DNA of 63,345 nt, the filler included, from Rhabdomonas costata (Eukaryota), in NCBI GenBank assembly GCA_019059605.1. It is 47 parts of 47 records of this genome, joined end to end, with 100 filler letters (N's around TTAATTAATTAA, not from the genome) between each part and the next. Parts side by side here need not be neighbours in the genome. Positions count along the whole stretch, not along the records: positions 13,497 to 14,746 come from JAHMHO010021902.1; positions 14,847 to 16,096 come from JAHMHO010021903.1; positions 16,197 to 17,446 come from JAHMHO010021904.1; positions 17,547 to 18,796 come from JAHMHO010021905.1; positions 18,897 to 20,146 come from JAHMHO010021906.1; positions 20,247 to 21,496 come from JAHMHO010021907.1; positions 21,597 to 22,845 come from JAHMHO010021908.1; positions 22,946 to 24,194 come from JAHMHO010021909.1; 39 more parts are not named here. One strand, written 5' to 3'. Position 1 is the stretch's first letter. Every line of letters begins with the position of its first letter. Under the pieces are notes generated by a model that was not told the DNA's origin, made no database searches, and saw nothing but the letters and a program-made list of their open reading frames with translations. The position numbers were made by a program, and so were the translations under genes. This document shows positions 13,658 through 24,814 of this stretch, piece by piece.

Positions 13658-14340
13658 GTGAGACAGACGCCCTTTCAAGGGAGCCGCTGTGGGACCCCTG
13701 TGACTCTTGTCAGCTCCGCGGGCAGCGACATTGGTGCGATGCTGCACCACGAGGCGGCACAGCAGCGGCAGCGGCAGCACCTCCTTCAGGTCAGTGGTGA
13801 CTGTCTTACATCCCTACGCGTGGGAAAAGTTTATGTTGGACTGTGCTTTCGCGCCTGTACGAGTCCGACCAACAGCCCTGCTCGGTGACCGATCCCCCCC
13901 CCTCCCCGTGGGAAGAGGCTCGTAAAGCTCGAGGTTGGGTGAGACTAAATGCCTATCACCAAAAGAAAAGGACAAAGATTATGAGTGAGGATGTTAACTT
14001 TTGGGATTTTCTGGGTGCCTCTCGGTTGCACTCACTTGTATTGCAGCCCATACTGAGCGCACACACTGTCCAGTGCAAACCCTTGGTATTGATTCTTTTT
14101 TATTTCCGTGTGACAACGTAAAAGGGGGAGTTGGCGCGGGCCTCGCGGGAGGTCTCTGAGGTGCGGCAGTACCTTAACCCGATCTCCACGGCCATTGTCG
14201 CGGAGTTCCGGTCGCAGCTCTGCGAGAGGCTCTTTGAGGCTCTGCAGGACCCCCACAGCCCGGGGCGGGTCACCATGGAGGGGATCCACGCGTTGCTGGT
14301 CAGCATCGCGGCGAATCCCGGGCCCGTGCCCACGATTCAG
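13658..14340 (+). CDS. Hypothetical protein, two exons (13658-13789, 14125-14340)
   Basis: A phase-0 GT-AG join gives ...LHHEAAQQRQRQHLLQ|GELARASREVSEVRQYLNPISTAIVAEFRSQLCERLFEALQD..., with GC3-rich codons. Confidence 0.6.
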
Positions 14341-14965
14341 GTGGGGCCCCCTGCTTTAGATTGTGTGGGATCGAACAGCTTGCGTATGTGTTGAGCGCGT
14401 GCGCGTGCGGGACATCAAGTATCCAGCAAAGCTAAAAACAACTCTATGTCTCTCTCTCTCTCTAGGAGCCATAAGAATCTCTCTAAAGTCAAGCAGGCTC
14501 TTTTTGCCCACGTCCCTTTTCAGGGACGGCGACATAATGTCGGCGGGGGGAGGGACCCCGGCCGACAACAAAAAGCTCCGGTTACCCAGCCGACCTGTCA
14601 AAATCAAAACGGCCCAAAATCCAATAAAGGACAAAATTCAAAAAGGACAAAATTCAAAAAAGGACATAATTCAGGGACTTTTTCAAAATCATACCCTCAG
14701 TTGAGACCTTCTCTGGGGGAACCCTGCTTCCCAAATCGCCCCGTTTNNNNNNNNNNNNNNNNNNNNNNNNNNNNNNNNNNNNNNNNNNNNTTAATTAATT
14801 AANNNNNNNNNNNNNNNNNNNNNNNNNNNNNNNNNNNNNNNNNNNNTTGTGGGTGGGAAAGACATCCTCCCGTCATTCAGTTCCTCTTGTTGTATCACAG
14901 AAAGAAGAAAAACGGAAGAAAAAAGGAAGAGAAGGACGAGGAATGTGGGAAGGGGGGGGGGGTAC

Positions 14966-15596
14966 CGATAATGTCCCGCACAGCGGTCATCTGCGCGGCC
15001 ACCAGGGGGTCCTCCTTGCTCAGCGACAGTAGGGGGACTGGTGCTAGGTACTCCGCAAGCAGCGGAAAAAGCTTGTCCCCAACCTTTGCAGAGTTGCAAG
15101 CAAAGAAGTGATAACAAGGTAACAAGGTGCGGGGTTGCACTCGCGTCGCACACGGAAAACGTGTATCCACAGAATGCACAGTCGCGCAGTACATGGGGAA
15201 CTTTGGAGCTGCCCTCGTGACGGCGGATTGGATGGCTGGTTGGTGACGCATGACAACTACTCTCTGCGCTATGCAGGCAGGCTGCTTCAATGAACGCCCG
15301 AGAGCTGCTGAGCTACGGCGCCACTCCTGGCTGCCCAACGCCACTGCCTTTCGTTGGTAGTTCTCCAGGCGGGGTTGTGATCGATTCTCCGCGGGTTGAT
15401 GGGAACCCAACCTTCTGCGCTGGCCACACACAGAGACATGGAAACAGGGCGGGCCCCAGGCACACACCCCGAAGATGTCGCCGGTCTGAGCAAAGAAGCC
15501 CTCCATCACCTCACAGACGGCCGAGACGACCTCCGGAAGGCTCGGTCGCAGTAGCACCCGACCCTCGGCCGTCGTCAGCTTCACCACGAACAGCGG
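14966..15596 (-). CDS. Probable axonemal dynein heavy chain stem fragment, two exons (15596-15468, 15083-14966)
   Basis: In-frame GT-AG join gives PLFVVKLTTAEGRVLLRPSLPEVVSAVCEVMEGFFAQTGDIFG|VGDKLFPLL...EDPLVAAQMTAVRDII. Resembles an inner-arm dynein N-terminal region by eye. Confidence 0.5.
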
Positions 15597-16531
15597 CTAC
15601 AGGCAGGTGCGTTCAGGGAAAAAATGTACCCGGATGAGTGTATGTGTGTGCGTGGACGAACCACGTCCGATGAAGTGATAAGCAGCCAACCTCTCCACAA
15701 AGGGCCGCAGAAGGGAAGACGGGGAACGGAGGCCTCCGGACAGCATCGGTGTGGGGTTCAGGGAGAAGGAGCAGAAAATGGAATGAAGAGAACGAAGCAA
15801 ATCGCAAAGATCGGCTCCTTTTATACTCCTCGTCGCCTATATAGATACAGCCCCAAGCTGTCGGCTTTCACAATCGCGGATCGTGAGATCAGATGCATCC
15901 GACTGTAACAGCAAGACTACAATAGGCCGTCGTTGGGGCGCCGTGGTCCGCTTGATGGGTTTTCTCAGCCAAGATAGGAGGGGACACCCAAAAAGTTGGT
16001 TCGACAATGGCAGCTAACAATTGCTGAGGATAGACGTGTGTGCGTGTGTGTACATGAGCAGTGTGGGGCATAGTGGTACCAAATTTCCAAAAACAANNNN
16101 NNNNNNNNNNNNNNNNNNNNNNNNNNNNNNNNNNNNNNNNTTAATTAATTAANNNNNNNNNNNNNNNNNNNNNNNNNNNNNNNNNNNNNNNNNNNNAGCC
16201 CTGCTGAAGGGTGGAGTGAGTCTGCGAAAGGGTTTTAGGTTTATCTTCGATGAAGTGGAATTCTCAGCAAAAGTACCGGCGGTAGCGTTTGCTATCGCCA
16301 ACGTTCCGTCGGTAGCCTTCAACGAACCGGGGGACTACAAGGACGAACACCCCTGCGAGCACCATGACAAGGACCGAAAGGGATAGCGAAAAGGCGTGTA
16401 GTGATCGCAACGAGGAAAGACTAACCTGCATAGAAAATTTGCAATTTGTATACAGCCGTGCCCACACCTTCTCCCCTTGTCCGATCTGGAGCCCTGATTC
16501 TTCCTCAGGATTTGTTGCCTCCACCAAAGCG

Positions 16532-17428
16532 ATGTCTTTGACGTTCACATTTGTCGTACATCTGGCGATTGTGGCCCTGGGTATGAGAGCTGGTGTCAAA
16601 GCCGACCATTCTGCGACAGTGTTGGAAAAACCCAACGGTTTCGGCGAACCTCCTCCTCAGGGTGCTATATGTGATCGGACTTGCTACGAGAAGCGGTTGA
16701 ACATGACGAATACGGAGTGCAAACAAACTCTGCGTCCGTGTGAAGAAGTGTGGGGCAGCGCACTCCAGGCAGACATCACTCCTCCTCGGCCTAGATCTGA
16801 CTATTTCACTGGTGCTGCCCTGCGGCTGCTTCGAGGGGTGACTCAGGCACTGGAAAGTCAAGGGATTCTTTATTGGATGTCATATGGTGCTCTTTTGGGC
16901 ATTGTCAGGCACGGTGGTATCATCCCATGGACAGACGACGACGTGGATCTGATTGTTTCGGAGGACTTACTTGGTCGCGGCCTTCCACTTTTAAAGAGTG
17001 TCAACTGGTCTGCACTTGGAGTCCCCCAAGTTGGGTGGGTCTTAGCAGGCCGAGATCATCTTGGGCGTCAGGACCACCTGGGAGTGGGTGACATTGCTGT
17101 GAACAATCGCTGCCGCAACTACTTCTCGAATGTTGCTTTTAAGGGACTTCAGCCGTGGAATTTGGACGTTCACTGGGAGCGGCTCAGTGCCCGTCCATTC
17201 GGTGCAACTAAAAAAAGGAAGATGGGTGAGCTTTGGCGTGACACACCACGTTCTGCTTGCGTCAGTGTCTGTCGCTGCCGGTTTTATGAGCTGGAGGTCA
17301 ACTGCCCTGTTCAAACAGAGAGGATTCTGGGCTCGTTGTATGGCAATTGGCGCAAACCCTCGGTTTGCAGGTTTCATTTCCTCCTTCCTCTTCTTCCTCC
17401 TCCTCCTCTCTCCCTTCCCTGCTTCTAA
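16532..17428 (+). CDS. LicD/fukutin-family nucleotidyltransferase-fold protein with N-terminal signal or anchor
   Basis: LESQGILYWMSYGALLGIVRHGGIIPWTDDDVDLIV is the LicD signature; the C-terminus has P...ERILGSLYGNWRKP; the N-terminus MSLTFTFVVHLAIVALG is hydrophobic. The last ~60 nt may be intron. Confidence 0.88.
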   Translation: MSLTFTFVVHLAIVALGMRAGVKADHSATVLEKPNGFGEPPPQGAICDRTCYEKRLNMTNTECKQTLRPCEEVWGSALQADITPPRPRSDYFTGAALRLLRGVTQALESQGILYWMSYGALLGIVRHGGIIPWTDDDVDLIVSEDLLGRGLPLLKSVNWSALGVPQVGWVLAGRDHLGRQDHLGVGDIAVNNRCRNYFSNVAFKGLQPWNLDVHWERLSARPFGATKKRKMGELWRDTPRSACVSVCRCRFYELEVNCPVQTERILGSLYGNWRKPSVCRFHFLLPLLPPPPLSLPCF

Positions 17429-17563
17429 TTCAATTTCCCCACCCCCNNNNNNNNNNNNNNNNNNNNNNNNNNNNNNNNNNNNNNNNNNNNTTAATTAATT
17501 AANNNNNNNNNNNNNNNNNNNNNNNNNNNNNNNNNNNNNNNNNNNNGTGGTGGGTGTGTTTGG

Positions 17564-17674
17564 GGGGGTTGGGGGATGCAGTTGGCGATGTTGTCGTTGG
17601 TGAGCATGCCCTGAACCTGCCACGTGGGATGCCGCTCTCGCAGCCGCCGCAGGTTCGAAGCAAACAGCGAAGCC
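17564..17674 (-). CDS. Partial exon, possibly M28 peptidase-like
   Basis: ASLFASNLRRLRERHPTWQVQGMLTNDNIANC follows an aag| acceptor. MLTND resembles the M28 (M/V)LNND motif. Confidence 0.3.
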
Positions 17675-18332
17675 CTTCGACAAGCCCCCCCCCCTCGCAC
17701 AAAACTATGCACAAGAAAAAGAAGCACATTGGGCTCAACTACTACTTGGGTTGTCCACTTGCCAGCTTTTCCTTCAGAACTTCACGGACTCGGTCCCGGT
17801 CCCCGCCACCGTTTTTTTCCTGCCTCGGACCGAACAGGGTTCCCGAGGGTAGCTCCAAGGTGGTGCAACACATAGATATCGAGCGCACACAGCCCCAGGA
17901 GCGAACTACAGGCTGGGGGCAGTGGTCAACGCCAAGCCCCAATTTCTCATGTATCTCTTCCAAACAATGCGAAGGGATGATCCCTGCCTCGGCACCCATG
18001 GGGCCATCTGTGAAAATGAAAAACAGGCACACAGGCATCCACACCCTTTGTCATCATAATCAAACGTGATCAAGATCCTGAATCGGCGCTGCTCCTCGGT
18101 CATCCTGGGAGAATAGTCCGTTAAATAAAATTCAAACACAATAACAGGAGCAAAATAGCGAAAAGGGCATGGAAAACTGATAAAATGAAACGCAATCTTC
18201 ATTGATCGAAAGCAGCCTTTGCCTGGAAACCGGCCAACAAACTTCCCCGCAAACACGGGGACAGCTGCCGTCGGCCCAAACCCTACAGATTCCCTTTACG
18301 GTCGACCACCGACATCACCGACATCCACAACG

Positions 18333-18383
18333 ACTTCCACTTCCACTTCCACTTCCACTTCCACTTCCACTTCCACTTCCACT
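18333..18383 (+). repeat. (ACTTCC)n microsatellite
   Basis: About 8 perfect hexamer copies. Confidence 0.9.
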
Positions 18384-18947
18384 CTCATTTCCACTTCGGC
18401 CATTCCCACTCTCAGACACATACATCAGAGTGTTACGGTGGCCATGCGATGCGATGTGGTCGACACGCACACAAACGAACACAAATGCGCGCTGACTGTG
18501 CGGTGTCCCAGCATTAGGAGTGGTGGCGGTGACACCCCAAGCAATAGGTATACCGCAAGCGGTTTCCGTCGCAGTAGAATGACGGGATGTCACAAAGCCG
18601 GACATCCCGGCAATGGGTTTACGTCTGCTTGGCAGCATCTGCCCGAATTCGTCCGGAAGCTGCGGCCAGAGAAACGGCGGAGGTCCCCAAACAACCACAC
18701 GACCAGAACATTCATACAACCGGGGTTCCCAAAAAACAGCACAGGGAGAGTACAGTACAGGGGGAAGGGGCCTCGAGAGGGAGGGGGTGAGGGAGGNNNN
18801 NNNNNNNNNNNNNNNNNNNNNNNNNNNNNNNNNNNNNNNNTTAATTAATTAANNNNNNNNNNNNNNNNNNNNNNNNNNNNNNNNNNNNNNNNNNNNGGGG
18901 TGTGGTGGGTCGTGGGGACAATCTTTCATATAGAGACAATAACGCAC

Positions 18948-19780
18948 TCACCCTAAAGAGTCAAGTGACGATGAAATCAAAGTCCACAGGTCACCAATAC
19001 AAACAGCCAATTCATTCAACATGCTGGAGGTGACTGAAGGGAAGATGCTATATTCCGATGACCCCCCCCCCTCCTCAAAAAATACAATTGTCCCCTTGAA
19101 GGATGGCAAGGGGGCATTTCCTTGCAATGCTGCAAGGAAATGGGCTCGGTGCCCTGGTGCCAGGGCTGTGAAAACGTACAACTTTTTTCTTGCGCATTTT
19201 TTGACCTCGGCAATGCGTTTTTCGCGAACCCCGAACAAACCTCCAGCCGGTCGTTCACCCTTTCCGCAGTCCACTCCGGAAACTGCTCGCGGATGCGCCA
19301 CAGGTGGGCCTTCTTGAAGAGTGACACCGCGGCGTTCTCAGGAGCAGAGCCCTGAGAAAGATATGGTGAGCGGTCATTACGGCATCGAATTTGCTTCTGG
19401 GTTTCATGGGCTTTCCAGCATTCCTTTCCATCATAATACCGTCTTTGAATACTCCTTCGATGGATGAATCAAGAACCTGCAGAGTGTGAAAGACGCATCT
19501 CAAGGCTTCGTTGCAAAGGCTTCAAAGACGAACACGCCGTGATACAACGAGAAAAAGTCATTTCGCTGAAGATCTGGGCAGGCCTCTGCCTCCATACTTT
19601 TGGGGAAGGCTTTGGTCTGGGTTTCGCGGAGGTGCTCTTCGGCGGTGTGGTGGTGGCTGTGGCCGTGGTGGGCTTTTTGCGGCCCTTCTGCTGCTGCAGT
19701 GGTGGTGGCGGAGCCTCCGACGAGGAAGAGGAAGAAGAGGAGGAAGAGGAAGACGAGGCCGCGGCAGGAGGTGGCGGCAC
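18948..19780 (-). CDS. Hypothetical multi-exon gene with short introns (19597-19477, 19380-19352, 19240-19206)
   Basis: Three phase-0 GT-AG introns join four open segments: ...PKPSPK|VLDSSIEGVF...SKFDA|GSAPENAAVSLFKKAHLWRIREQFPEWTAERVNDRLE|VKKCARKKLY... Confidence 0.55.
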
Positions 19781-21724
19781 GGACTCTACCTCTGTCTGGG
19801 GCCGCGGCTGAGACGCCGGCTGCGTGCCATAAAAACACTAACTCACGAAAAAATTGTGTGTGTGCATCACCCATCAATGTTAACCGCCCGCAACAACACA
19901 GCAGCAAAAATCAGCCCCGCATGAATGACACACAGCAAGACCGTGAGGCGCTAAGGAAAAGCGAAGGAAGGAGCGGAGACATGGGGCAACCTGCGCTTCG
20001 GCAGGTTCAGCGGAAACCCCCTCCGAAGAACCGGAGTCCTGCATCTCTTTGCGAGTCGCTCCCCAGAGTGGGGCAAGAGCACAGCCTCCGAAGGCCGAAA
20101 ATGAGAAATGCCCCAAGAGTCACAACCAACACTGCAAAACAACCACNNNNNNNNNNNNNNNNNNNNNNNNNNNNNNNNNNNNNNNNNNNNTTAATTAATT
20201 AANNNNNNNNNNNNNNNNNNNNNNNNNNNNNNNNNNNNNNNNNNNNGTGGTTGGTTAGAAAGCCTTTAACCTATTTCACAGGTCAAAGCGAAAAAGCTCA
20301 GCGGAGCGATTCAGAAGCGCAGTGGGGGCAATTGATGGTTAAAAATGTTGAACATTCTCACTTTCCACTGTGTTGTGATTTGGTGCAGTTCCATTCTTCC
20401 TTCAATTAATTTGGGTGGGAAAGTCGTAACCGGAAGGCTGGACAAGACCTCCTGGACCCCACCTCCCGGCGGAACCCTCTAAAGCAAAGGCCATTGAAAC
20501 GAGCAGCAGAATCCACAGCAAGAGACGTCCAGCTAAACCACCCGCTGCCAAAGACCCCGGCCCTGCCTCAGAGCACGCATGCGCGGAGCCCACGCGGAGG
20601 CAAAAGACAGGGATCTGGAGATGGTGTAACGGTCCAGATCACCAGGTGTTCCAAATACAGAGGCAGAGGGGAAAGTCACATGCGTGGAACACAGACATTT
20701 TCCAGAGGTTTCCATAGTGCCCTTTTGTCAAATGTCAGCTGAGACAGAAGTCGAAGCTCAGCACCTCGTGATCCTGGCCAGGTCATGGGTTAGGCTATAT
20801 ATCAACCAGCTGGGCGAGAAGGCGAGCAGAGCAGGGCCAGGTGAGAGAGGGAAGGCCAGCAGAGAGACAGTGGGGAAGACCCCGGAGAGCCAGGCCAAGG
20901 GAGGTAAGTCACGTGGAAGGAGGTAGCCAGCACTAGAAATCCACAGGGTGTGTTCAAGGGTTCCTGAGGAAGAAAGTTGCATTCTCACCTTTCTCCCGAG
21001 TTTTCACAGGTCAGGCGGAAGTCAGAGTCCGTACTGACTACCGTGGTGCCACTGAACGCCAATAACTACGAGAATTACAGAGAGAGAGGTCCTTGATTAG
21101 GTTTTTGTGAATTGCTTGAGTTCATTAATGCGAAATTAAACCTAACAGGTCGCTTTTTATTTCAACTTGTGTTGCAATTCGCCTTTAATTGTGTTTTTGC
21201 AGAGGAGGTGCAGCAGAATCACAGAGAAACCGCAGGCGAGAGCCGCGGAGACCCGAGGCACCAGCAGAGGGAGAGGGGTGAAAAATGGGTGTGGTGTTAG
21301 TGCGGTAAACACAAGACAGGTGTGTGTGTGAGGTAGCGTGCCCCTTCCACAGCCTTTTTTGGGTGGGAGATTGGGAAAAGGCAAATGACGCGAGACCCGC
21401 CCAGAGAAACCCCTCCACAGCCCAGAAGGTGTGGGAACCAAGTCCCTACCAAGAGACCCCCCCTGTGCCTAAAGCATCCTTCACGAACCACAACACNNNN
21501 NNNNNNNNNNNNNNNNNNNNNNNNNNNNNNNNNNNNNNNNTTAATTAATTAANNNNNNNNNNNNNNNNNNNNNNNNNNNNNNNNNNNNNNNNNNNNGTGG
21601 GGTGGGGGTTAAACACACCTGCCCGACGCAGTAGCATGTTTAACCCCCACCGCTCGCACCCCCTTCCCCATTCAGAAGCTGACGCCGTTTTGGAATGAGG
21701 AGGGCACCATTATGGACGAGAAGG

Positions 21725-22222
21725 TCACATCAAAAACGGATAGCCCAGAACTGGAATTGCCGTCTGAATCACTCTCAAGGACAAATTAATCGGCATGGTA
21801 CCTAATTTCCCGACAATTTGCACAAAATGGGTCACGGGTAGTCCTTCTCCATTCGCTACTCTCACCGTGAGCCTTTTCTGCAACGGGTACTTCTGCAAAC
21901 GGAATCTCTGCACCACTTCTTGACTTATATACGAATTCGAAGCTCCGGAATTCAGTAGCGCTCTTACCTGTGTATTCCCAATCCACAACGGAAGGAGCAG
22001 CAATGGCTGAGTGGATGGAAGGTCTGGAAGATCAGAAAGTAACCCCATCCCTTCCCTTACGTTCCTCTGGAATGGCAAGCCAAACAACGGAACGGGGGTA
22101 CTCCATGCCCCTCTTCGAATACTGCTGACCTTTGTCTCTGCACACCCCTCTGACATCTTCTCTGAAAGGTCTTCCGCCACCACACTCCACTCACACAACT
22201 CTGTGGAACTCCCTGGCTCCAC
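21725..22222 (-). mobile_element. Decayed Ty3/gypsy-type LTR retrotransposon aspartyl protease region
   Basis: LWIGNTQVRALLNSGASNSYIS...LTVRVANGE...VLGYPFL shows retropepsin motifs. The catalytic Asp reads Asn, and a stop follows directly. Confidence 0.85.
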
Positions 22223-23177
22223 TGACCGCTTCCAAACCTTAGGCGAATGTCCCCCCTTACTCTTAAGAAGATTTCTCCTTCTGCACCCAACACCGTCAAT
22301 TGGGTGTTTTCGACATCTCTGAAAACATCTTAAACCGCAAATTTAGCATTATTTAATGGTTCTCCTTTCTATGGACCAATTTTCTGTCTTCCGTATTACT
22401 CCTCTGAGATTTCTGAACCCTTCCGGAACCGCTCCGCTCTGCATCAGACTTGAACACCATTAATGAGCCCTCTTGGGCACTTTCTGGCTTATGGAAACTG
22501 GTCTGAGGCTCTGCCCTTCGTCACCCCCTTCTTCTCAACTTGTTCCACGCTTGCCTCTGGAGTGGCACTCTAAATCTCCTCTGGGCTGCCTCCGTTGTAA
22601 CTCTGCGTGGGCTGGGGCTACGTGGCTGCTCTAAATGATCAATTCTCGTTGATCTGCGCATGGGCTCTGTTGGTCTCTGCCCAAGTCTTAGCGGGAATGT
22701 GCCTAGAGCTCTCTGCACAACACTTGCGCTGGCTGGCGTCCTGACTGTGGACGAAGTGGGCCTCTTAGGTGTGGCTGGAGCGGCCCTGTCTCCTGCCCCC
22801 ACTAATTTGACTGATCTAAACTCTTCTGAAATTCTCCAACCAACCNNNNNNNNNNNNNNNNNNNNNNNNNNNNNNNNNNNNNNNNNNNNTTAATTAATTA
22901 ANNNNNNNNNNNNNNNNNNNNNNNNNNNNNNNNNNNNNNNNNNNNGGGGGGACGCGGGGTTGTGCCCGCGCGCCCGGGAGTGGAGTCCTCTGAGACGCAC
23001 AGGTGTAAACCGCGTTTCAGGTCATGCGTGGTGTCCTGGGGAGCTGGCAGAACCTCCACTGATGGGGGGGCATTTTCAAGTCAAAACGCAAAAGAACGGA
23101 CTTCTCAAGGGCCTCTTTTTCTTCCGTTACTTCAGCCCTTTCTGTGGACTTACTGTTCCTTTTCGTTGTTTTTGAGA

Positions 23178-23578
23178 ATGAAGGGATTTGTAGCTCCGAC
23201 CAAGGTGGTTACGCTTCTTTCCGCCCTCGCAGCATTTCTGGGCAATGCCGCTGTCTCTTTGGCAAAGACCAACGAGGTGCTTGGCGAGCTGCGCGTGTAT
23301 AAGCAAACAACGCTTGGTGGTTGCGAAAACCAAGTTGTATTATCATGCTTCAAGTATTTCCACTGTGGGTGATTTGTGGTTTCTGCAGGAAATTGAGTTT
23401 GAGGCAACAACGCCGTTTTCGTCTGGGGAGTTCCGTTGGGCGTTCAAAGGAAGGATAAGGTGAGAGTAAGCTTCCCCGTTCCCTCCCTCTTTTAACTGGT
23501 TTTTTGTTGATTTCTTTTCTGCCCCTTACCCCTTCCCTCCTCAGATCACCCGAAGGGATCCAAAGCGTCGTTTTAAAG
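23178..23578 (+). CDS. Alpha-kinase (MHCK/eEF2K family) N-terminal part, three exons (23178-23276, 23389-23459, 23545-23578)
   Basis: Spliced: MKGFVAPTKVVTLLSALAAFLGNAAVSLAKTNE|EIEFEATTPFSSGEFRWAFKGRIR|SPEGIQSVVLK. It has the PF..G.FR.A.KG loop and V.K lysine. All junctions are GT-AG and phase-compatible. Confidence 0.65.
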
Positions 23579-24685
23579 GTCTGAACTCTCCTTTCATTTT
23601 TGCAACTTTCTTCTTCGGTTGTCAGGTTAGCCTTCACAACACCGTTATTCTCCAAGACCAAAACAAACGAACCCCGTCCGTAACCTTACGACGCGGGACC
23701 TGCAAATAAAGAGTTCAACCCAGCGGGACGTTTCACCTGTTGCTTAACCTGAGTTGCGTTCGCAACAGCCAACCCCACGCTCTTGCACTTGACCTTCGGA
23801 CTCCCACCACCACCACCACGCTGAAGTTCCCCAAACCTCAAAAACTTCAACGTTCGTCCAAAAAATGATTTTTTTTCTAAATTGCGGCAACCGCGGTGAA
23901 AGTATAAAGAAGAAATTTTTTTTGATGTTTTCACGCGCCCTTTTTCGGTGGTGGTGGGGCAACCTTTTGATAAAGCGAGGGCTTTCTGGGGTTGCACCCC
24001 GGGCCAATAAATACTGCGAGCTTGCGAACAGCTTGCGAACCCTGAAGCGGCTATGCATTGGGGAGCCGTCTCAGCTCCCTTAAAACAAGAGAAATACAAA
24101 AAGCAGCCGGGGCGGAATAAAAAGCACGAACAAGGGATGTCAATGGGTGGAGTCGAATAAGCAAAATACGCCCCCCCCCCCCCCATCGAAATGGNNNNNN
24201 NNNNNNNNNNNNNNNNNNNNNNNNNNNNNNNNNNNNNNTTAATTAATTAANNNNNNNNNNNNNNNNNNNNNNNNNNNNNNNNNNNNNNNNNNNNGTGGGG
24301 TTGTACATAGTGTCCATCATTTTCACAGTATAAAAATGCACTATACAGAGCACAATGCAGAAAAGATGGAAAGGGTATTGGACTAGAAAGGATTCTGAAA
24401 AGGCAAATAATTCTGCATCTTTGTCCCCTCTTAGGGTCAGAAAGAACCCTCGGGCAAGGAGTGCCAGATTCGGAATTATTTGAGAGGATCGTTTTTAAAT
24501 TGATTTTTGTCATATATTTTCCGTAAGTCGCAGGCAACTTTTAGAATTGCGGACTCGCCGATCGCCGATTCTGTGTTTTGCGATTCTGTGTATCACGATA
24601 GGAAATGTGATTCCTAGAACAACCCCGTGGCAGTGGTGAGTGCTTCTCCCCTTTCATCGCCATCCTTTCACGATTCTGGTTTCAG

Positions 24686-24814
24686 AACGAGGGTGGGGGC
24701 TCCCCGAGCAAGGGCAAGAGTCCCACACGGGGCAAGCAGCAGGCTGCCACCGATGACGTCCACGTGGACGTGGAGGAAGACCAACCCGCTCCCCCGGCCT
24801 TTCAGTACAAGTAG
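24686..24814 (+). CDS. Hypothetical terminal exon
   Basis: ttcag|NEGGGSPSKGKSPTRGKQQAATDDVHVDVEEDQPAPPAFQYK*, GC3-rich. Confidence 0.45.
   Translation, partial: NEGGGSPSKGKSPTRGKQQAATDDVHVDVEEDQPAPPAFQYK

Noticed and set aside
17547..17575. G/T-rich contig ends as telomeres of nanochromosomes
   Set aside because: There is no fixed repeat unit, the G-rich strand is at the 5' end (wrong polarity for telomeres), and genes are truncated at the ends. Amplification primers fit better.
18219..18848. 209-aa Thr/Ser-rich ORF
   Set aside because: Its openness is partly explained by the ACTTCC microsatellite; no splice or family evidence was found.
19477..19498. 22-nt AT-AG micro-intron
   Set aside because: A canonical in-phase gtatgg donor at 19597 explains the same acceptor.
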